This document shows positions 41,676-52,012 of a DNA stretch of 64,000 bases, in pieces. Origin of the DNA: Candidatus Altimarinota bacterium. Lineage in GTDB: Bacteria; Patescibacteriota; Gracilibacteria; JBDHUY01. The stretch is taken from positions 1-64,000 of the forward strand of contig JBDHUY010000004.1 of assembly GCA_039809385.1 (NCBI GenBank). The letters are read 5' to 3'. A program made the position numbers and the translations under genes. Numbering within the stretch: the stretch's first letter is position 1; the number at the start of each line of letters is the position of its first letter. The notes under the pieces are model-generated. The model searched no databases and was not told where the DNA came from. It saw only the letters and a program-made list of their open reading frames with translations.

Positions 41676-43916
41676 TTATTCCTCATCGCTGCTACCGCTA
41701 CCGGTTTCATGATCGATAAAGATCTCGCGGGGCTTGCTCCCCATGACCGGCCCTACCACACCTTGTTCTTCCAGCATATCCATGATACGGGCCGCCCGGG
41801 CATAGCCCAGCTTCAACCGACGCTGAAACAGCGAGGCCGAAGCCTTGCCGGTAGCGCGGATCACCTGAATCGCCTGATCGACCAGCTGGTCGTCGGACAT
41901 ATCTTCTCCGCCTGCCACCGCATTGCCGGGTATATAGTCGGTAATCGGAACCTTTGCTACCTCGATTACATCCGGCAGGTAGTCCGGTTCGACGGTCATG
42001 CGGATATGGGTTGTCACTTTTTCAATCTCGGCCGGACTCACATAGACCCCCTGGACGCGCATGGGTTTGGTAACTGTGGTTGAAATATAGAGCATATCTC
42101 CTTTGCCGATTAAATCTTCGGCCCCGATGCTGTCCAGAATCGTACGGCTGTCCACCGCCGATACCACTGCGAAAGCGACGCGGGACGGGATATTGGCTTT
42201 GATCAGACCGGTAATAACGTCCACGCTGGGCCGCTGGGTGGCCACGACCAGATGAATACCAACAGCGCGGGCCATCTGGGCGATGCGGCAGATCAATGTT
42301 TCCACTTCCTTTTTCATGCTGGTCATCATCAGGTCGGCCAGTTCGTCGATCACAAAGACCAGATACGGCATTTTCTGTTCGGGCTCGACTTTCTGGTTGT
42401 ATTCGTCGCGGTTGCGCACCCCGGCGCCCTGTAATTCCTTGTAACGGCGTCCCATCTCCGCCACGGTCCAGCGCAGTGCGTTGATGGCTTTGTCGGGATC
42501 GGTGATCACCGGCGTTAGCAGATAGGGGAGTGCGTTATACCCCGAGAGTTCGACGCGTTTGGGATCGACCAGGATCAGTTTCAGCTCAGCCGGCGAGTTC
42601 TGGTAAAACAGGCTTAGGAGCAAACTGTTGATGGCTACCGACTTTCCCGACCCTGTGGCTCCGGCGATCAGCATATGCGGCATAAAGTTCAAGGCATCGA
42701 TGATCGGCTTGCCGGCTACGTCCCGGCCCAGCGGAAAGCGCAGCGTCGATTTGACATCGTAGAACTCTTTGCTTTCCAGAATCTCTTTGACATGCACGAC
42801 CATGCGTTTATCGTTCGGTATCTCGATCCCGACCAGCGACTTGCCGGGGATAGGCGCTTCCATCCGGATCGACTTGGCCGCCAGCGCTAGCGCCAAATCG
42901 TCCTTTAATCCCGTTATTTTACTGAGTTTGATCCCTTCGTCGGGCTCGAAGGCATATTGCATCACCGTCGGACCGACGTTGACGTCTTTCATCGTCACCG
43001 GAATATTGAACTGCGACAATTTATCTTTTATCTTTTCGGCATTTGCTTTGAGCAAAGCTTCGTCCAGTATCACTTCGGAGGAACCTTTTTCCAGCAGATC
43101 GAGCGGCGGAAATTCCCAATTGGTCAGGTTTTTGGCTTTGATCTCGTTCTGGATGAAATCGGTCTTGGCGTTTTTGTCGCCGCCGGGCGCGTGTATGACC
43201 ATGCCATCCGACTTTTTGGCAGCCGACTCGGCTTTTTTGATCTCGTGGACGCCCTTGATCTTGAATTCTTCTTCGTGTTTTTCGCTCATCTCTTTGCGGC
43301 TGCGCCGCGCGGGTGGAGCTGTTTCTTCTTCTTCGCGCTCTTTTCTGGCAAATACCTGTTTGATCGTTTCGACGATCGATTTCTGAAATAAGAGCAGAAT
43401 CGATATCAGAAATACTCCGAACAAGACGATCCTGGCGCCCATATCGCCCAGAGCCGGTTTGAGCAACAGTGAAACGAAAAAACCGACATAGCCGGCCAGA
43501 CTATGAATGATGATCTCCCGGTCTGCGATCAGTTCGATATCGCCGTACAGGCCGATGTAGCCCAGGAACGAAAGAAAGAGCAGGGATATGGCGAAGTATT
43601 TGGTGAAATTGAGAGTAAACTCTTTTTCCAGCAGCATGGTGACGACCAGGATGCCCATAAGTGCCAGTAGCAGGTAGATGCCCCATTGTCCGATAACGTT
43701 CAGCAGGAACGAATGCCAGGCATTGCCGACAAATCCGACGGCGCCGCTGCCGCTGATAATAGTGAGAATGATAAAGACGCCCATCCCGATCAGACTGACC
43801 TCCCGGGAGATGCTGCTTTTCATTTCAAGTTGCGGGCGGTTGTGGCGCAGGAAGCGTTCGAATTTTTGGACCGTTTTGGCGGCGGAGGCGTTGCCGCGCG
43901 TTCTTTTTCGGCGCAT
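41676..43916 (-). CDS. ftsK: DNA translocase FtsK/SpoIIIE
   Basis: 4TM N-terminus, PHMLIAGATGSGKS, IDELADLM, ATQRPS, gamma domain GYARAAR. Confidence 0.96.
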   Translation of the reverse strand: MRRKRTRGNASAAKTVQKFERFLRHNRPQLEMKSSISREVSLIGMGVFIILTIISGSGAVGFVGNAWHSFLLNVIGQWGIYLLLALMGILVVTMLLEKEFTLNFTKYFAISLLFLSFLGYIGLYGDIELIADREIIIHSLAGYVGFFVSLLLKPALGDMGARIVLFGVFLISILLLFQKSIVETIKQVFARKEREEEETAPPARRSRKEMSEKHEEEFKIKGVHEIKKAESAAKKSDGMVIHAPGGDKNAKTDFIQNEIKAKNLTNWEFPPLDLLEKGSSEVILDEALLKANAEKIKDKLSQFNIPVTMKDVNVGPTVMQYAFEPDEGIKLSKITGLKDDLALALAAKSIRMEAPIPGKSLVGIEIPNDKRMVVHVKEILESKEFYDVKSTLRFPLGRDVAGKPIIDALNFMPHMLIAGATGSGKSVAINSLLLSLFYQNSPAELKLILVDPKRVELSGYNALPYLLTPVITDPDKAINALRWTVAEMGRRYKELQGAGVRNRDEYNQKVEPEQKMPYLVFVIDELADLMMTSMKKEVETLICRIAQMARAVGIHLVVATQRPSVDVITGLIKANIPSRVAFAVVSAVDSRTILDSIGAEDLIGKGDMLYISTTVTKPMRVQGVYVSPAEIEKVTTHIRMTVEPDYLPDVIEVAKVPITDYIPGNAVAGGEDMSDDQLVDQAIQVIRATGKASASLFQRRLKLGYARAARIMDMLEEQGVVGPVMGSKPREIFIDHETGSGSSDEE

Positions 43917-44275
43917 AGTAATGAGTATTTTTCCCAGAGGATTCGGAAATATTTCTCTTAGAGTATACATTTTTTGTTCACTCGTGCAATAGGAAGTGGG
44001 GCAGCCAGGCGGTTAGCGATTAGCGATCAGCGGTCAGTAAAGGCAGAGTGCAAATTGAATCCGTCGCGGCGGACAAAATGTAAAGTTGGAGGCAGTTATC
44101 TTTCTGTTGATACGCCCCGTTTGTCTCGTTTCCCCTGATAAGGGGGTTAGGGCGAGTATCAAACCTCATTAGATTGCAAACGACAAGCCTCGATCATAAT
44201 TCATAATTTATGCTTTTCCTTGCCCAATACTTTATACTTCATACCTACTACTTTATACTCTGCCCCTCTTCCCGA

Positions 44276-44305
44276 TTGACAATGCCCGACATTTCCCGAT
44301 ACAAT
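44276..44305 (+). promoter_or_regulatory. Sigma70 promoter of rpsT
   Basis: TTGACA-18 bp-TACAAT. Confidence 0.65.
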
Positions 44306-44345
44306 GAGCACCGATCTTATTTTGTTTTATTTTTCTCCATATATT

Positions 44346-44612
44346 ATGCCGGTTATCAAATCCGCTGCCAAACAGCTGCGCCAGAGTATCAAGGCTCGCG
44401 AACGTAATCTCTCTTACAAGACCAAGGCTCGCCAGGCGTTGAAGCAGGTTGAAAAAAACGTGAAGGCGAAAAATACGGAGGGTGCGAAGGATATGCTGAA
44501 GGATGCGTATTCGAAGATCGATACGATGGTAAAGAAGAATCTGATTCACCAGAACACGGCGGCGCGCCGCAAGTCGAAGGTAATGAAGATGGTGAATAAG
44601 ATGGCGAAATAG
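44346..44612 (+). CDS. rpsT: 30S ribosomal protein S20
   Basis: MPVIKSAAK...RN...KKNLIHQNTAARRKSK. Confidence 0.95.
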   Translation: MPVIKSAAKQLRQSIKARERNLSYKTKARQALKQVEKNVKAKNTEGAKDMLKDAYSKIDTMVKKNLIHQNTAARRKSKVMKMVNKMAK

Positions 44613-44867
44613 TTGATAGAAACTTGGGAGTAGGAGCTGGAAGCTGGGGGAATGCCAAAGAGACTCTGTGTAATATTCCTGGCTTCTCTCTTCTTATCCC
44701 CTTGCTTCTTTTGCGGTTTAGAGATCTTGTTTGAAAAGAGTCAACGTAGTTCAACTATTGTTTTTCCCTAGCTCCTTTCTGCTAGCTTCTAGATTCTTCT
44801 GCTTTTCCGGGCCCGTAGTCCGCTGCGGCGGATCGCAGGTTCAGGATCGTGAGCTCATTACAAATGA

Positions 44868-44943
44868 GGGCCCATAGCTCAGTGGTTAGAGCAGTCGGCT
44901 CATAACCGATTGGTCGCAGGTTCAAGTCCTGCTGGGCCCACCA
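44868..44943 (+). tRNA. tRNA with CAT anticodon (likely Ile2/lysidine, alternatively elongator Met)
   Basis: GGGCCCA/TGGGCCC stem, GTCGG-CTCATAA-CCGAT arm, GGTTCAAGTCC, CCA; paired 1:72 argues against initiator. Confidence 0.92.
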
Positions 44944-45197
44944 GAAATATCTATCCAAAAAGGAGGGATTTTTGTTTTGTGGAAAAATGGCTTGTTTACT
45001 GTATTTGTTAGCGGTTTTGTTGGGATTGGGTGGGTTCGAACTTGAGCGACACCATTTGGCTCGTTTGAGGAAATTGTGAAACGAAAACGGCTTAGACTGG
45101 AGAGAAAAGACCTTTTGGTTCGCGGTTCGAATCAGTGCTAACTATAGTATGTAGAACTCTAGTTAGCGAATTTATATACTATAGTTAGCCCCTCTCT

Positions 45198-45572
45198 GGT
45201 TCCAAGTTAGACTTGGAACCTCGCTGTCTTGCACATTATCCTCATTGAGTACCAAAACATCAAAGTTCCATGTACAACATGGAACTAGATAAATGATTCC
45301 GATTTCAGTCGATGCAGAGTCCAGGCTTCATACGAACGGCCGACTGAATATTTCCGAATTATCGCGCTATCTCGGTTTTTTCTTTTCCCGAAATAGTACA
45401 GACGGCATTTAGTTGAAAAACATTGAAAGTCTATCGAGTCAAACGTCAGGGATCAACAATCATATGGTATGATTGAGACGAAAATTCTTTTTTTCCTCAG
45501 GTTCCAAGTCCCACTTGAAATCTTACTGTCTCGTGTATTATCCTTATTAGAATACCGAAACATCCGAGTTCT
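45198..45572. repeat. Two diverged ~75-bp REP-containing direct repeats (45198 and 45500)
   Basis: GGTTCCAAGT...ACTTG(G/A)AA followed by CTGTCT...ATTATCCT...TACC.AAACATC..AGTTC in both copies. Confidence 0.7.
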
Positions 45573-45580
45573 AGAAACAT

Positions 45581-46594
45581 ATGCAGCACCCCTTAGCCAA
45601 AGTAGTAAAAGTTAATTTTCCCTGCACGGAAGTAAAAATCCTGGAAAAAATCGATCTTGGGTATTTAACGGAAAATTATAAAGTCTCATTGGACGGCAAG
45701 GTGTTTTTTTTGAAATGCTATCGGCAGGAGAATCAAGATCAAATCGATGAAATTCATAGAGCGAAGCATTTTTTTGCCGACGGAGGAATTCCGGTTATTT
45801 TACCAATCAAGAATAACGTTGGTATACCCTATTTCTCTCATAAAAATAGGTTCTTTGCTCTCTTCCCTTTTATCCAAGGAATTATTATTGCCAGGGATGC
45901 ATTAACGGATACTTCCATAAAATCACTGGCTCAGATGCTGGCAAAAATACACTTGGCAGGAGAAAATGCAGCCGATGGTTTTATTCAAACAAAGATGAAA
46001 CCGTGGGATCGGGAGAAATTCATGACCGACTCTTTGCAAATAATTCCGAAAATTGTTGAGAACCTGAACAATAGAAATGATTTTGATCTCGAAGCTTTGG
46101 AAATTGTAATGTTTAAACTTTTACGAGTACTCAAAGAATCAAAAATACTGTCTGATTTTGATCTGGGTACATATCAATTGATTCATGGAGATTATCACGA
46201 GAAAAATGTTTTCTTTGATAATCATCATGAGGTTACACATGTGTTTGATTTTGAAAAAGTAGTGATGGCGCCCCGAGTTACCGAGATAATCAGAACGATC
46301 GATTATGTATGTTATCGAAACAATAATGCCAATTGGGACTATGATTTGATTGAGGTCTTTTTGTATGAGTATAATCGACTTTTCCCTGTATCAAAGAGTA
46401 AAATAATCAATGCTTTCAGCGCATATTGGATAAGAAGCTTTCATTCCTTGTGGCTTGAAAAAGAACATTATCTGTTAGGAAATCATCGTATCGATCCTTT
46501 GTATGCCGGATATTATCAAAGATTAAAATCTCTTGAGCATAATAGAAATCAATTTCTTCGAAAGATCAAATCATTCACGTGGCTCGAGAAATAA
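45581..46594 (+). CDS. Aminoglycoside phosphotransferase / homoserine kinase II-like kinase
   Basis: IHGDYHEKNVFF and FDFE motifs. Confidence 0.85.
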   Translation: MQHPLAKVVKVNFPCTEVKILEKIDLGYLTENYKVSLDGKVFFLKCYRQENQDQIDEIHRAKHFFADGGIPVILPIKNNVGIPYFSHKNRFFALFPFIQGIIIARDALTDTSIKSLAQMLAKIHLAGENAADGFIQTKMKPWDREKFMTDSLQIIPKIVENLNNRNDFDLEALEIVMFKLLRVLKESKILSDFDLGTYQLIHGDYHEKNVFFDNHHEVTHVFDFEKVVMAPRVTEIIRTIDYVCYRNNNANWDYDLIEVFLYEYNRLFPVSKSKIINAFSAYWIRSFHSLWLEKEHYLLGNHRIDPLYAGYYQRLKSLEHNRNQFLRKIKSFTWLEK

Positions 46595-46668
46595 ATATCG
46601 CGTAGCCAATCTTCAAATCACAAATCGGATTTGAAAACCTGCTGACTGGTAAAATCGTATCAACTTCT

Positions 46669-47289
46669 ATGCTCAACAATATCCAAAACTACGATCGTTT
46701 CTACGCCGAATCTTCGGAGCATGCCTACGGCACACCGAACCCCATCGTAAGAGCGGTTTTAGATTTTACGTCTCATGGAACCGTCCTCGATATCGGAGCC
46801 GGCGACGGCCGCCATGCCATATTTTTGGCCAAACACGGATTTCAGGTCACCGCCCTCGATACTTCTGCAGTGGCGCTCGATAAGCTTGAACACCTAGCCG
46901 CCCAACAACAAGTAGCTGTCACGACGATTCAGACGGATATCGCCCGCTGGTCTTTTGAGAACTCCTATGACGTGCTGATCGCTACTTCGATTTTTCAACA
47001 CCTCCACCACAACGACGCACTCACATTGCTCGAAACGATGAAGCAATGTACAAATCCCCAGGGGATTCACGCGATAGCTCTGTTTACGCAAGAAGGCGAC
47101 CGCTACTTGCTTGACCGGCAGGAAGATCCCGAAGCGTTTTATCCCGCATCCGGCTGGTTACGTGGTTTCTATCAAAAGTGGAAAGTGCTGCATGAAGAGC
47201 GCAAGGAAGCTACCCTGATTCGCAGGAACCGCGCCGACGGAACCCCGATGAAGAGTATTGTTGAGACCTTGCTGATCCGCAAAACCTAA
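46669..47289 (+). CDS. TehB-like class I SAM methyltransferase
   Basis: VLDIGAGDGRHAIFLA, VTALD. Confidence 0.88.
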   Translation: MLNNIQNYDRFYAESSEHAYGTPNPIVRAVLDFTSHGTVLDIGAGDGRHAIFLAKHGFQVTALDTSAVALDKLEHLAAQQQVAVTTIQTDIARWSFENSYDVLIATSIFQHLHHNDALTLLETMKQCTNPQGIHAIALFTQEGDRYLLDRQEDPEAFYPASGWLRGFYQKWKVLHEERKEATLIRRNRADGTPMKSIVETLLIRKT

Positions 47290-47509
47290 TACTATCTCCC
47301 GATCCAGAAAAAAACCGAGTCGTTTTTAACCCAATCCAAACGGTTCGATTTTTTTTCTCCTCAGACTTCTAGGAGGGGAGTACAATCGGACTGATTATTT
47401 GTTATACTGAAACTTCAAGGTGATTTTTCTGTTTTTTTTATTTGTCTATAACTTTGAGTATATAATGGAGTATATAATGCCTTCTGACAATCATGTAAAA
47501 AGTTCCATT

Positions 47510-47720
47510 ATGAACTCTCGTATCATCCTCTATCAAACCAATGACGGAGAAACCAAAGTCGAGGTCAACATGGACGGAGAAACCGTGTGGCTGACTCAAA
47601 ACCAGATGGCCGAGCTCTTTGAAAAGTGACGTTCAACGATCGCGGAGCATATTATCAACGTTTTCAAAGAACGAGAATTGGAAGAAAAATCAGTTTGTCG
47701 GGAATTCCGACGAACTGGGA
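47510..47720 (+). pseudogene. RhuM-family N-terminal fragment
   Basis: IILYQT.DG...ETVWLTQNQMAELFEK*RSTIAEHIINVFKERELEEKSVCREFR; in-frame TGA at 47627, then truncated. Confidence 0.85.
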
Positions 47721-47768
47721 CGAATCATAGAGATTATCCTGTAAAATACCAAATAACATTCTTTTAAC

Positions 47769-48242
47769 ATGCAAACACTCTATGATTCTATCATCGGTCT
47801 TTTGCAAAAATATGACATTGGGTACCAAGAATACGACCATCCGCCAATCCTGAACTACGCCGATGCCGAACGCGAAAAACAGCGTCTGAGCTGGCAGGGG
47901 ATAGAAAGCAAGAATGTCTTTCTGTCAGGCTCCGATGGAAACTTTTATCTCTACGTAACAGTTAAAGGTACGAAAGTCGATTTTCCCAAGCTCAAAGAAC
48001 TGTTGGGAGTAAAACTGTCGATTGCGTCCGAGAATGAAGTCAGAAATCTCATTCACTGCGTGCCCGGCTGTGTGGTACCTTTTGGTTTTGATGCAGCTAT
48101 AACGGTTTTGCTCGACCGCTCCATTTTTCAGTACACCGATTATCTGTTTTCTCCCGGCATTACCACCAAGACGATCCAGACGAATCTCCAAGATCTGAAG
48201 AAAATATTTCAGAACTTGCCCAACAGGCTTATTGAAATCTGA
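47769..48242 (+). CDS. YbaK/ProX aminoacyl-tRNA deacylase family
   Basis: HPPI, KNVFL, PGCVVPFG. Confidence 0.85.
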   Translation: MQTLYDSIIGLLQKYDIGYQEYDHPPILNYADAEREKQRLSWQGIESKNVFLSGSDGNFYLYVTVKGTKVDFPKLKELLGVKLSIASENEVRNLIHCVPGCVVPFGFDAAITVLLDRSIFQYTDYLFSPGITTKTIQTNLQDLKKIFQNLPNRLIEI

Positions 48243-48441
48243 TACTCCTTCGCTTTCTATCTGAGACTATCCCGTCCCCGGGGGGACTACGAAGCATTAC
48301 AGAGTAATTGTTTTATAGAAAGCTATTCTCAAAGCTTCGGAGTATTGGTATCGTTTCGATTGCGAAGTAGTATGATCTGCGGTTTCGGCCAAGTTTGCGG
48401 GCAATACCTTCGGTCGCTCTATTCTCTTTCTCATAACTCCT

Positions 48442-48888
48442 ATGAGCTCCAATACCAAAGATTCATATTTCGTCGCGGTAAAACTTTTTCTCAAAAAAGA
48501 CGGCAAACTGTTGATTTTAAAAGATAACTTCAACGACTGGGACTTGCCCGGCGGCCGTATCAAACCCGACGAATTCGAGGTCTCGCTGGAGAAAATCCTT
48601 GAACGCAAGATCAAAGAAGAACTCGGCGACGCAGCAGTGATCTCGGTCTCGCGTATGCCCGTCGTCTTTATGCGCCACCAGCGTGTCGAACAAACCGAGG
48701 GAAGTCCCACTGTGCGTATCTTCGCGCTCGGGTATGAAGGAGAGCTTGAAAGCGGAGAGATCAGGCTTTCTCCCCGCCACACCGAACAGGTGTGGGTTGA
48801 TCCGCATGATTTCAAGCCGGAAGAATATTTTAGCGGCGGATGGCTCAAGGGGGTCCAGGACTACGTGCGTCTAGTTCCACAGCAGTAA
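48442..48888 (+). CDS. Nudix hydrolase
   Basis: WDLPGGR...E...RKIKEELG. Confidence 0.85.
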   Translation: MSSNTKDSYFVAVKLFLKKDGKLLILKDNFNDWDLPGGRIKPDEFEVSLEKILERKIKEELGDAAVISVSRMPVVFMRHQRVEQTEGSPTVRIFALGYEGELESGEIRLSPRHTEQVWVDPHDFKPEEYFSGGWLKGVQDYVRLVPQQ

Positions 48889-49719
48889 CGACTCTCCGGC
48901 GCCTCGATAGCCGACAAAGGTTTGCATCGAGATCCGGTCGGTGCTGCTTCCCTCAAACAGAGTCGTGGCGTGGGGGTGACGCGTATTAAACAGGATCAGA
49001 TCACCGGCCTCTGGATGAGCTTGTACATACGTTTCTTCTTCAAGCGTTTTTTTGATAAAAACCTTTTCGTCTCCGCTGTGCGATGGATCGTACAAAGGAC
49101 CTTGCCAAACGCGCAGATCGCCGCCGGACAAAGGAGCACTCAGGATCATCAGGGCACTGAATTGCTGGCGTATATGTCGGAACGTTTCCAAAGATTCGTC
49201 CCGGATTAAGTCGATGTGCGGCTGTTCAACCATAGGCGTGCTGCCCGGTTCGGTTCCTCTCAGAATTCCGCTCATGCAAGGACGTTCGTCGATGTCAGCA
49301 AGACGGGCACCGGCTAAATGCACCCTAGCCAGGACTTCTTGCAGGGTCCTTACCGGCGATTCCAGGGGGCCCAGAGCTTGCGTGATGGCGCTGCGGGTAC
49401 GTTCTGTTTCTTGAAAGTATGTCTCCAGCCGCTGCTTCCTTTCGGCGGTATCGGTTACGCCAAACAGAGTATTCAGCGCCGGGCCGATCCGCCAGACGCC
49501 ATAGTCTTGATATTTGGTAACGCCCCGGTCGGAAATATCGTTGATATAGGGAATGCGGGGTGTTTTGCCGGCAAAATCCAGTAAAACTTTCCGAACCTCT
49601 TCCTTTACAAAATTGTTCACGACCACGATGTGAGTCTGATCTGCGAGTAATGCGTCAAAATCTTCGGCTTGCAGGATAGTGTTTTTGCGAAGAGAGGAAG
49701 CTGGAGAGTGGATAGACAT
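48871..49719 (-). CDS. 2OG-Fe(II) oxygenase family
   Basis: PHID, GGDL, GDLILFN...H, R.S motifs; start at 49719 inferred. Confidence 0.8.
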   Translation of the reverse strand: MSIHSPASSLRKNTILQAEDFDALLADQTHIVVVNNFVKEEVRKVLLDFAGKTPRIPYINDISDRGVTKYQDYGVWRIGPALNTLFGVTDTAERKQRLETYFQETERTRSAITQALGPLESPVRTLQEVLARVHLAGARLADIDERPCMSGILRGTEPGSTPMVEQPHIDLIRDESLETFRHIRQQFSALMILSAPLSGGDLRVWQGPLYDPSHSGDEKVFIKKTLEEETYVQAHPEAGDLILFNTRHPHATTLFEGSSTDRISMQTFVGYRGAGESLLLWN

Positions 49720-49885
49720 AAGGATAAAGCTTATACACGAACTGCGTACTTTAAGAGGAGAGGGGATGATACTAAAAATTAAAATGCTGTCAATATGCCG
49801 TTGGCTAAAAATAAACGTTTCTCTACCGCAGGGAGGCGTTGATACTCTCGTCAAAATAACGTATTATAAAGAGACAAATTCTTTT

Positions 49886-51970
49886 ATGAAGCCCGTTCCT
49901 CCTCGCATGACAGTATTGGGGCGTATTACCATAGATACTCCCCCGGATCTCCAAAAAGCGACTCAGGCAGTGCCATCCGCCAGCGAGGTTGTTTGGAAGT
50001 TGCCCGAGGGCAGATCTGCCGAGTTTTTAACTTCCGACAATCATGCTTTTTATATCGGAAAAATGTTTGCCACAACACTACTCGAGACACTGGCAAAGAT
50101 AATCCCTTTTATCAACTTTACCGCCGACGAGCGATTTTACACTCCCGAATTTCTCAAAAGCGCGCTCGAATACATGTTTGGCAAAGTTCGTCCTACCTCT
50201 CGCGAAAAGCCGTGTATTGTCATCATTCCGGATCTGAGCGCTCTGATTAACGGTGTTCCTCCGAATGGGGATAAAGTGCTGAGTGCGGCAGAACAAAAAG
50301 AACTTATCCGCAAACTTGCTCTCCAGCTCGGATATGCTGCGGAAGATGTCACGGTGCTCGATGCGGCCGAGATACCGTTTCATCAGAGACTCTTTACGAC
50401 TCTCTGGGAGCATCATGCGCAGAATGCGGATACATTTTTGGATAATTCTTTGGGAAACGAAGCCGACAGAATACAACTCTCTCCAGATTCCGACAGTCTG
50501 GCTATCGCTTCCTACTTATACCGAAAAGTCGCGCAGGATCCGGTCTTTGAAAAAGATTTCAATTCTACCATTCCCCGCAACAAAGAGCAGTATGAAGGGG
50601 AATTCCAACGACTGCGCAACTACGGCTTACTCGAAATAGCTATCCGGCTGACCGATATCCTGCATGGCCGTCATATCCACGGCGGCGCCAAGCGCCAGCA
50701 AGTCTACGATAAAATCATTTGCCGTATTCTCGGACAGGTGCGCGAGGAAAAAAATAAACAGAAACAATCGCTGGAGAAGAAAGAAATAGACTACTATATC
50801 CAAAACATGCCCGAGCTCACCCGCTTGTTTTCAGAAAGACAAATCTCGGCCTTTTACCTGGATACGAATGAAAATGTTTTTTTTCGAAAGATGGAGCGTT
50901 TTTATGCGCGTGTTAGGCTCGCAGTCGCTCTTGCTCTCAGCGTAACCATAGCGGGAAGTCTGGTCGAAACCGGTAGACAGTCTGGACTCGCTGAAGAACG
51001 TAAACAAAAGGAAATGGTGACTCGCGAGATAGATAAAGAATTGAAGAACTACTCTTTTATGGGATATGGCAACTGGACGAGGGGAGTGAAAGAGGCTCGC
51101 GATACATTTGATCAAGTAATTGAAGACGTACGTGATGTTTTGCGCTACCGATATGATATACCGGATGACAAGCTTGATCAGATCAAACCGACGCTTCAGC
51201 AGTTTGCACTGCGCCATAAAGATGATTTACTCAGAGAATATAAATACAATCATGATAATCCCATACACTTGGCTGATCTCTTCGTTATTGAAAATAAAGT
51301 TTTATGTGCCGATCTGGGAATAGCACAAAAGATGCCTTATGCCTATATTGTAGCAAAAATAGAAGACCCAAGTATTCAAAAAGTCGATGATCCCGACCTC
51401 CTCTTCTTTCGCAATCCTACGTATACATATGATATCTTCGAAAAGAAAGATGGAACAAACACTCAAGTAGGTTCTGTCAGTTCTCTCTCATTCTCTTCGA
51501 TTGGAAAATTTGATCGTAAGAGTCTTTATCCGGAGTTATTTACCGTCGAATATAAGGGCAAGAAATACTTGGTTGGTCCACTTGATGACGGCAAAAAAGA
51601 ACCTTTCAGACCCGTCTATACAACCTGGGCTGGAAAATATGGGTATACCTGTTTGAAAGACAGTATTCGAGTGAGGAGTCTGATGGAAACATTTCCGTTG
51701 GATCAGTATTTTAGAACACATTCCTCGGCCTCTACCTTGGATATTAAAGTGCCGGCGTCCGAAGTTCGGGAAATTTTACCTTTGAAAGATCCTTTTCAAG
51801 AATACAATCTAGAGGTTGGGGTATATACATTTTATCCTCAAAATGGCGGCAAGAAAGAGACAGTACTTGTTGCTCGTGCTCCGGGTGAAGATGCTTTTTC
51901 AACCACTAGAGCCGAACAAGCAAAAGAGATCTATCGTAAAGTAAAACGGGAGGCAGATTTCGGAATGTGA
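49886..51970 (+). CDS. Hypothetical protein with central TM helix
   Basis: Long ORF (open from 49679); TM at VRLAVALALSVTIAGSLV. Confidence 0.75.
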   Translation: MKPVPPRMTVLGRITIDTPPDLQKATQAVPSASEVVWKLPEGRSAEFLTSDNHAFYIGKMFATTLLETLAKIIPFINFTADERFYTPEFLKSALEYMFGKVRPTSREKPCIVIIPDLSALINGVPPNGDKVLSAAEQKELIRKLALQLGYAAEDVTVLDAAEIPFHQRLFTTLWEHHAQNADTFLDNSLGNEADRIQLSPDSDSLAIASYLYRKVAQDPVFEKDFNSTIPRNKEQYEGEFQRLRNYGLLEIAIRLTDILHGRHIHGGAKRQQVYDKIICRILGQVREEKNKQKQSLEKKEIDYYIQNMPELTRLFSERQISAFYLDTNENVFFRKMERFYARVRLAVALALSVTIAGSLVETGRQSGLAEERKQKEMVTREIDKELKNYSFMGYGNWTRGVKEARDTFDQVIEDVRDVLRYRYDIPDDKLDQIKPTLQQFALRHKDDLLREYKYNHDNPIHLADLFVIENKVLCADLGIAQKMPYAYIVAKIEDPSIQKVDDPDLLFFRNPTYTYDIFEKKDGTNTQVGSVSSLSFSSIGKFDRKSLYPELFTVEYKGKKYLVGPLDDGKKEPFRPVYTTWAGKYGYTCLKDSIRVRSLMETFPLDQYFRTHSSASTLDIKVPASEVREILPLKDPFQEYNLEVGVYTFYPQNGGKKETVLVARAPGEDAFSTTRAEQAKEIYRKVKREADFGM

Positions 51971-52012
51971 ATTTTTGATATACCTCCACCTCGCATAAGG
52001 GAGACGGATGGT

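Noticed and set aside
45000-45480. tRNA fragments or att site (GGGTTCGAAC, GGTTCGAATC)
   Set aside because: T-loop-like words only; no cloverleaf and no duplicate of the tRNA 3-prime end.
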